20,000 nt of DNA from an uncultured virus (IMG/VR IMGVR_UViG_3300025390_000008) (taxonomy: Duplodnaviria; Heunggongvirae; Uroviricota; Caudoviricetes): IMG/VR virus record IMGVR_UViG_3300025390_000008, one strand, 5' to 3'. Both the position numbers and the translations under genes were made by a program. This document shows, in pieces, positions 16,587 to 20,000 of the stretch (positions are counted from its first letter, which is position 1; each line of letters begins with the position of its first letter). The notes below the pieces were generated by a model that did no database searches, was not told where the DNA came from, and worked only from the letters and a program-made list of their open reading frames with translations.

Positions 16587-16770
16587 TGCGTACCAAGACG
16601 CATGGGGATTGGCATAAATGGCTTACCCGCTGGAATAAACCGACAAATACCGGGTTAATGCCAAGTCGGGCTAACAGTCCCCAGTCGTGTTGGTAATGGG
16701 TTGGGGGCGAGTAGGCGAAAGCTGAAAGGGTCGCCGTGTGCAGATACACCCTGCGATGCACACACCAACA
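16587..16770 (+). ncRNA. Candidate structured RNA(s)
   Basis: Stems TGGGGATTG/CAGTCCCCA (16603-16611/16675-16683), TGTTGGT/ACCAACA (16688-16694/16764-16770), GGCGA/TCGCC and GTGTGCA/TGCACAC; AGTA-GGC-GAAA-GCT-GAA loop-E/GNRA hairpin. Confidence 0.5.
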
Positions 16771-16777
16771 ATATTTT

Positions 16778-16926
16778 CGGGTTGAAGCGTGATGTGGTGG
16801 CACGATTGCACATTGGGTGCAAAACTTCTTCTGTGGCTACTTGCTTGAACGGCAACTTCTAGAGTGCGTAATAAACAGCAGGGTGTGTTAGAAGTCTATC
16901 TGGTTCGACTCCAGACGACCCGACCA
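16778..16926 (+). tRNA. tRNA-like element (Pro-like acceptor) with ~75-nt variable-region insertion and non-canonical anticodon loop
   Basis: Acceptor CGGGTTG/CGACCCG + A + CCA; T-arm TCTGG-TTCGACT-CCAGA (16899-16915); D-arm CGT..TGG..ACG; anticodon-position stem TTGCA-CATTGGG-TGCAA; total 149 nt. Confidence 0.6.
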
Positions 16927-16927
16927 A

Positions 16928-17010
16928 TTTAGGGGGAAAGCGGATGCTGGTTACTTGTTCTAGACAGGGCACATAAAGAGACACTAGACGCAGCGAGTAC
17001 CCCACCTAAA
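16928..17010 (+). ncRNA. Candidate structured RNA with loop-E/sarcin-ricin-like motif
   Basis: GGGG-GAA (16932-16938) opposite AGTA-CCCC (16996-17003); inner helices CTGGT/ACTAG and CTTGT/ACAGG. Confidence 0.45.
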
Positions 17011-17018
17011 AAAAGTTG

Positions 17019-17045
17019 TTGACAACAGTTCTATCTGTGTATAAT
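17019..17045 (+). promoter_or_regulatory. Sigma70 promoter TTGACA-15 bp-TATAAT
   Basis: Both hexamers are perfect consensus but the spacer is short (15 bp); A-tract upstream; palindrome TGTTGACAACA (17017-17027) overlaps the -35. Confidence 0.65.
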
Positions 17046-17054
17046 CCAAAACAT

Positions 17055-17200
17055 CAACGGATTGGTAACCCGTTGTAGTTCGTAGAAACGCAACCGCAAA
17101 CCCATTGGTGAGCGGGCTTCGTCAAAGCTGGGATGTCCTGTCTACGCAGGCTCTTATGCGGCAACCAAGCCTAAAGCTCGTTCACCAATGGGTTTTTTGC
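17055..17200 (+). ncRNA. C4/CI-like antisense or attenuator module
   Basis: 22-bp stem 17098-17119/17174-17195 followed by Ts; internal TCTACG (17141-17146) and ACCAA (17164-17168) complement upstream CGTAGA (17081-17086) and TTGGT (17062-17066). Confidence 0.5.
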
Positions 17201-17205
17201 TTTTT

Positions 17206-17622
17206 AGCCGTATACCTTGATCTGGTAATTTAACGGGCACATGAACGGTTTGGCCCAGATCGAGAGCCATAAAAAGTATCGACGTGGCAAGCGCGGGTGG
17301 AGATAGCGCCAGATGTTGAGTAAACCGCCAGAACGGATCTAGGTCGAGAGATTGAGGTAATCCGGGGCAACGGCAACATTTGGGACAAGCTCGGTCAGTG
17401 CGCTAAGAAGGGGTCTCACAATGGGCCTAAATGTCTGACAGCTACGGCGGAACATTGAGAGATGACCGTAGCCAATGTAACGAAGGAAACGACCGACGTG
17501 ATATTGTTCTTCAGCCAACCCCGCGTCCTGTGGGCTAGGGGTGGGTTGTGTCCAGAGCTTCAGTCTTCTCCCTCCGTGATGTGGGTGTAATACCTTGTAT
17601 TTAGTGGCTCAGACCGATACTT
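17206..17622 (+). ncRNA. Candidate large pseudoknotted RNA upstream of the HNH gene
   Basis: No ORF of 60 aa or more in the track; many 6-10-bp helices, including long-range pairings 17264-17281 with 17600-17622. Confidence 0.5.
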
Positions 17623-17635
17623 ACCGGAGATGTAG

Positions 17636-18229
17636 ATGGCTAATCAGGTTGATAAGAGAGTTAAGGGTAGTGCCTTACCTTGGTTTATCACGTCGCGGGT
17701 CCGAGCTGATCGTCGGCTGGGGCTGAGTGAGATGGAGCAGGCGTGTCTAGCCCTGGAGGCTGAAGGTATGCCCTGCCCTGCCGATGTAAGCTTTGAGGCG
17801 TGGGTCAGGACCAACTTTGCCTATATCTGTGCTAGGTATATGGAGAAGTATCCAAAGCCTATTGGCAGTAAGGTAAAGCCCCGTCCGTCCAGGGCTCAGC
17901 GCAAGGCAGCTAGTCAACTTCGTCGTAACGCCAAGTCAGAAAAAGCGCCCGTTAAGCGGGTCGTCAAGGTGTGTGGTGTTGATGTGACCACCGACGCCTT
18001 TTTATCGACGTATGAATGGCGCAGGGTGCGTATGGAGGCGCTGAAGAAGTTTGGGCCTAAGTGTCAGTGCTGTGGAGCTACTCCCGCCCAAGGAGCTGTT
18101 ATGAACGTTGACCACATCAAGCCACGTAAGCTGTATCCAAACTTAGCCCTCAATGTAAACAATCTTCAGATCCTATGCCATGAGTGCAACCACGGTAAGG
18201 GCAATTGGGATCAAACCGACTGGCGGTAA
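17636..18229 (+). CDS. HNH endonuclease (197 aa) with N-terminal extension
   Basis: CQCCG..NVDHIKP..NNLQILCHECNHGK; GGAGA RBS. Confidence 0.92.
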   Translation: MANQVDKRVKGSALPWFITSRVRADRRLGLSEMEQACLALEAEGMPCPADVSFEAWVRTNFAYICARYMEKYPKPIGSKVKPRPSRAQRKAASQLRRNAKSEKAPVKRVVKVCGVDVTTDAFLSTYEWRRVRMEALKKFGPKCQCCGATPAQGAVMNVDHIKPRKLYPNLALNVNNLQILCHECNHGKGNWDQTDWR

Positions 18230-18258
18230 AAATAATTTGACGGAGATGAAAAAAAGTA

Positions 18259-18286
18259 TTGCATGATAATTTTCCTATGATATGCT
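18259..18286 (+). promoter_or_regulatory. Sigma70-type promoter of the rightward operon
   Basis: TTGCAT-16 bp-TATGCT with TGn extension and upstream A-tract. Confidence 0.6.
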
Positions 18287-18301
18287 ACCACCTACAAAGA
18301 C

Positions 18302-18316
18302 ACCAGAACAACCAGT
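18302..18316 (+). promoter_or_regulatory. 15-bp box ACCAGAACAACCAGT (copy 2)
   Basis: Exact match to the reverse complement of 16104-16118. Confidence 0.65.
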
Positions 18317-18341
18317 TGACAATTACAGGGAGCACGGCAAA

Positions 18342-18797
18342 ATGAGAAAACGGACAAAGCGCAAGGTGTATGCACTGGTGAACGTTATTCAGCACGCTAT
18401 GGAGGGAGCGGCGCTGGTAGACGGTAAGCCGCTGGAGGATTTAAGGACGAGGGAGTTGCTGGCTTTGGAGGCGTTCCGATCGGGCACAGCGACACCGAAT
18501 GATTGGCGGTCTATTTCGGCGATGGTGAACATTGCTGAGGTGATGGCTAAGAAGGGCGTGGGGCCAGAGGCGATTGAGGTTTGCCGAGAGGCGGAGCTTC
18601 AGTTGCTGGATGACCATGTCAGGTTTGAGAAGACCGGAAAGATGGGCACGACAGCGGGGGGCTTAACGGCTTACCGCGAGGTGTATGAATACCATGACTT
18701 GCAGAGGACATCTATCAGCAGGTCAGAGTATGAGAGGTGGATAAAGAAGACCGCTGACATTTTGAAGAGCGGCCAGGATGTAGTTCATTTAACCTAA
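18342..18797 (+). CDS. Phage hypothetical protein (151 aa, MRKRTKRK...)
   Basis: GGGAG RBS before ATG18342; the track start 18282 lies inside the -10 box. Confidence 0.75.
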   Translation: MRKRTKRKVYALVNVIQHAMEGAALVDGKPLEDLRTRELLALEAFRSGTATPNDWRSISAMVNIAEVMAKKGVGPEAIEVCREAELQLLDDHVRFEKTGKMGTTAGGLTAYREVYEYHDLQRTSISRSEYERWIKKTADILKSGQDVVHLT

Positions 18798-18809
18798 AAA
18801 GGAGTTTGT

Positions 18810-19157
18810 ATGAAACGAGAGATTAACGATAACGTGGCGGCTTGTAAACAGATCGATCACGACCAGCGGCTGGTAACGTTACCAGTTTACGTTCACCACT
18901 ACCGCCAATACGATGGCAAGTTTGCTTTTTCGATCTCATCGTTTGACCAAAGCAAATACAGCTCGGAGTATGTGTTGGTGGGTAAGACTGAGTTGGTGTA
19001 TTTAGTTCCAGAGGAATTCGATCCGATCGCCCAAGAGGTGGCTGCCCTGCGCCGCAAGAAGATGGACGTGATCAATGAGTTCAATAAGCGGGTCAAAGAG
19101 ATCGAGGAGCAGATCGGTAAGCTGACTGCTATTGAACACACGCCTGCGGAGTTCTGA
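18810..19157 (+). CDS. Hypothetical protein (115 aa, C-terminal coiled coil)
   Basis: AAGGAG RBS. Confidence 0.8.
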   Translation: MKREINDNVAACKQIDHDQRLVTLPVYVHHYRQYDGKFAFSISSFDQSKYSSEYVLVGKTELVYLVPEEFDPIAQEVAALRRKKMDVINEFNKRVKEIEEQIGKLTAIEHTPAEF

Positions 19158-19158
19158 C

Positions 19159-19548
19159 ATGGGAGTAGCAACAGCAGTCGCCATCTCGGCGGCAACATCA
19201 GCAAATATTGCGGCTCAGCACGCAGCAGAATCAGCAGCTCGGGCAGAGTGCATAGCCTACGTGCCAACCTATAAACACGCAGGGGCTACGCTGGAACAGA
19301 TCCACTACTACGCCTATTGCGCGGAGAAGCTATACCCTCAGCCGCATGACGTAGACCGTAATGACGTCATCATATTCAAGGTTGCTTTGATCTTGATCTT
19401 TATCGGTGCTGGCGTAGGCGCTTATTTGAATCGTGACGATTATGATGGACCGTTTATTGGCGCGTTGTATGGCTCGGTGGGAATGCTTTTAGCCGAGTTC
19501 ATTTTGGCCATTGTTGTGATGGCTTTGTACTTTATATTTTTGGGGTGA
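19159..19548 (+). CDS. Hypothetical membrane protein (two C-terminal TM helices)
   Basis: GGAG RBS before ATG19159; hydrophobic segments VIIFKVALILIFIGAGVGAYL and FIGALYG..FIFLG. Confidence 0.7.
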   Translation: MGVATAVAISAATSANIAAQHAAESAARAECIAYVPTYKHAGATLEQIHYYAYCAEKLYPQPHDVDRNDVIIFKVALILIFIGAGVGAYLNRDDYDGPFIGALYGSVGMLLAEFILAIVVMALYFIFLG

Positions 19549-19551
19549 ATC

Positions 19552-19752
19552 ATGACCGGAAGCTATTACATCGGCCAGACCAAGGCACCGCTTGCGAAGG
19601 AGTGGCGCTTGGTCGCCAAGGGGGACGACCCTATGGAAGTCGCCAAGAAGACCACTGCCCTAGCCAACAAGGGCGAGACGATGGCTCGCGTGATGTGGGT
19701 ATCGGATGAGCGGTGGGACAACACCAAAGTAATTCAGGAGATGAAGGTATGA
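19552..19752 (+). CDS. Hypothetical protein (66 aa)
   Basis: Follows the previous stop by 3 nt; ATGA coupling downstream. Confidence 0.65.
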   Translation: MTGSYYIGQTKAPLAKEWRLVAKGDDPMEVAKKTTALANKGETMARVMWVSDERWDNTKVIQEMKV

Positions 19753-20000
19753 CTGACGAACAAATTGCAAAACTATATGACCAAGCCTTGGTTATTAAAA
19801 GCAATGGTGACTATGTTGCTGGCGAATTAGACCCCGTAAAGTTTGCCAGATTGGTAGCACAACATGAGCGTGAGGCGTGTGCAGAGTTGCGCAAAACTTT
19901 GTCAGCCATTCCAAATAGCCATGTTCCACAATTACAACCAGCAGTTGATTCTGCGCTTGATTTTTATGCCGAAAGAATCCGAGCAAGAGGTGAAGCATGA
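19749..20000 (+). CDS. Hypothetical protein of the EREACA..IRARG motif type (83 aa)
   Basis: ATGA overlap and AGGAG upstream; FARLVAQHEREACA and IRARG motifs are common in small phage ORFs. Confidence 0.75.
   Translation: MTDEQIAKLYDQALVIKSNGDYVAGELDPVKFARLVAQHEREACAELRKTLSAIPNSHVPQLQPAVDSALDFYAERIRARGEA

Noticed and set aside
16393..16855. Short ORFs across the ncRNA cluster
   Set aside because: They cross a clear terminator and RNA structures and show no protein-like motifs.
16778..16926. tmRNA or canonical tRNA-Pro/Gln
   Set aside because: Too short for tmRNA and lacks G3-U70; anticodon loop is out of register and the variable region far exceeds class II tRNAs.
17206..17403. Group II intron (AGCCGTAT..ACGGTT resembles domain V; GTGCG at 17398) or group I intron
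   Set aside because: The domain-V-like hairpin lies upstream of GTGCG and is irregular; no interrupted host gene, no RT, and no convincing group I P7 elements.
17430..17495. Hammerhead ribozyme (CTGA..GAAAC)
   Set aside because: Core reads CTGACAG rather than CTGANGA, and stems I/III could not be assembled.
18282..18341. N-terminal extension of the 18342-18797 gene as given in the ORF track
   Set aside because: ATG18282 lies inside the -10 box with no RBS, whereas ATG18342 has GGGAG.

Overview
Fragment of a dsDNA tailed-phage genome with podovirus-like gene content; a betaproteobacterial or freshwater host is an inference only. 1-9503 (+): three internal-virion/DNA-ejection-type genes, ending in a 2068-aa polyvalent protein with a zincin-like HExxxH peptidase motif and an LPD38-like C-terminus. 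9513-16069 (-): a tightly coupled early/recombination operon (PD-(D/E)XK exonuclease, ERF annealase, SSB-like protein, Ref/DUF968-like nuclease). It contains an array of small ORFs joined by a repeated AGGAGAAGAACACATGA RBS/stop/start junction. 16171-20000 (+): a VRR-NUC nuclease, a ~1.15-kb non-coding stretch dense in predicted RNA structure, an HNH endonuclease and small hypothetical genes. Main observations: (1) palindrome STGGTAAYRTTACCAS dispersed across the window, mostly inside genes and in different reading frames; (2) an ncRNA cluster including a 149-nt tRNA-like element with a ~75-nt variable-region insertion, a candidate sRNA complementary to the exonuclease RBS/start, a C4-like antisense module, and a ~415-nt pseudoknot-rich RNA candidate abutting the HNH gene; (3) an identical 15-bp box behind two similar outward-facing promoters; (4) the repeat-joined ORF array, including an 18-codon 'empty' cassette. 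All structures were read by eye; no folding or database searches were run.
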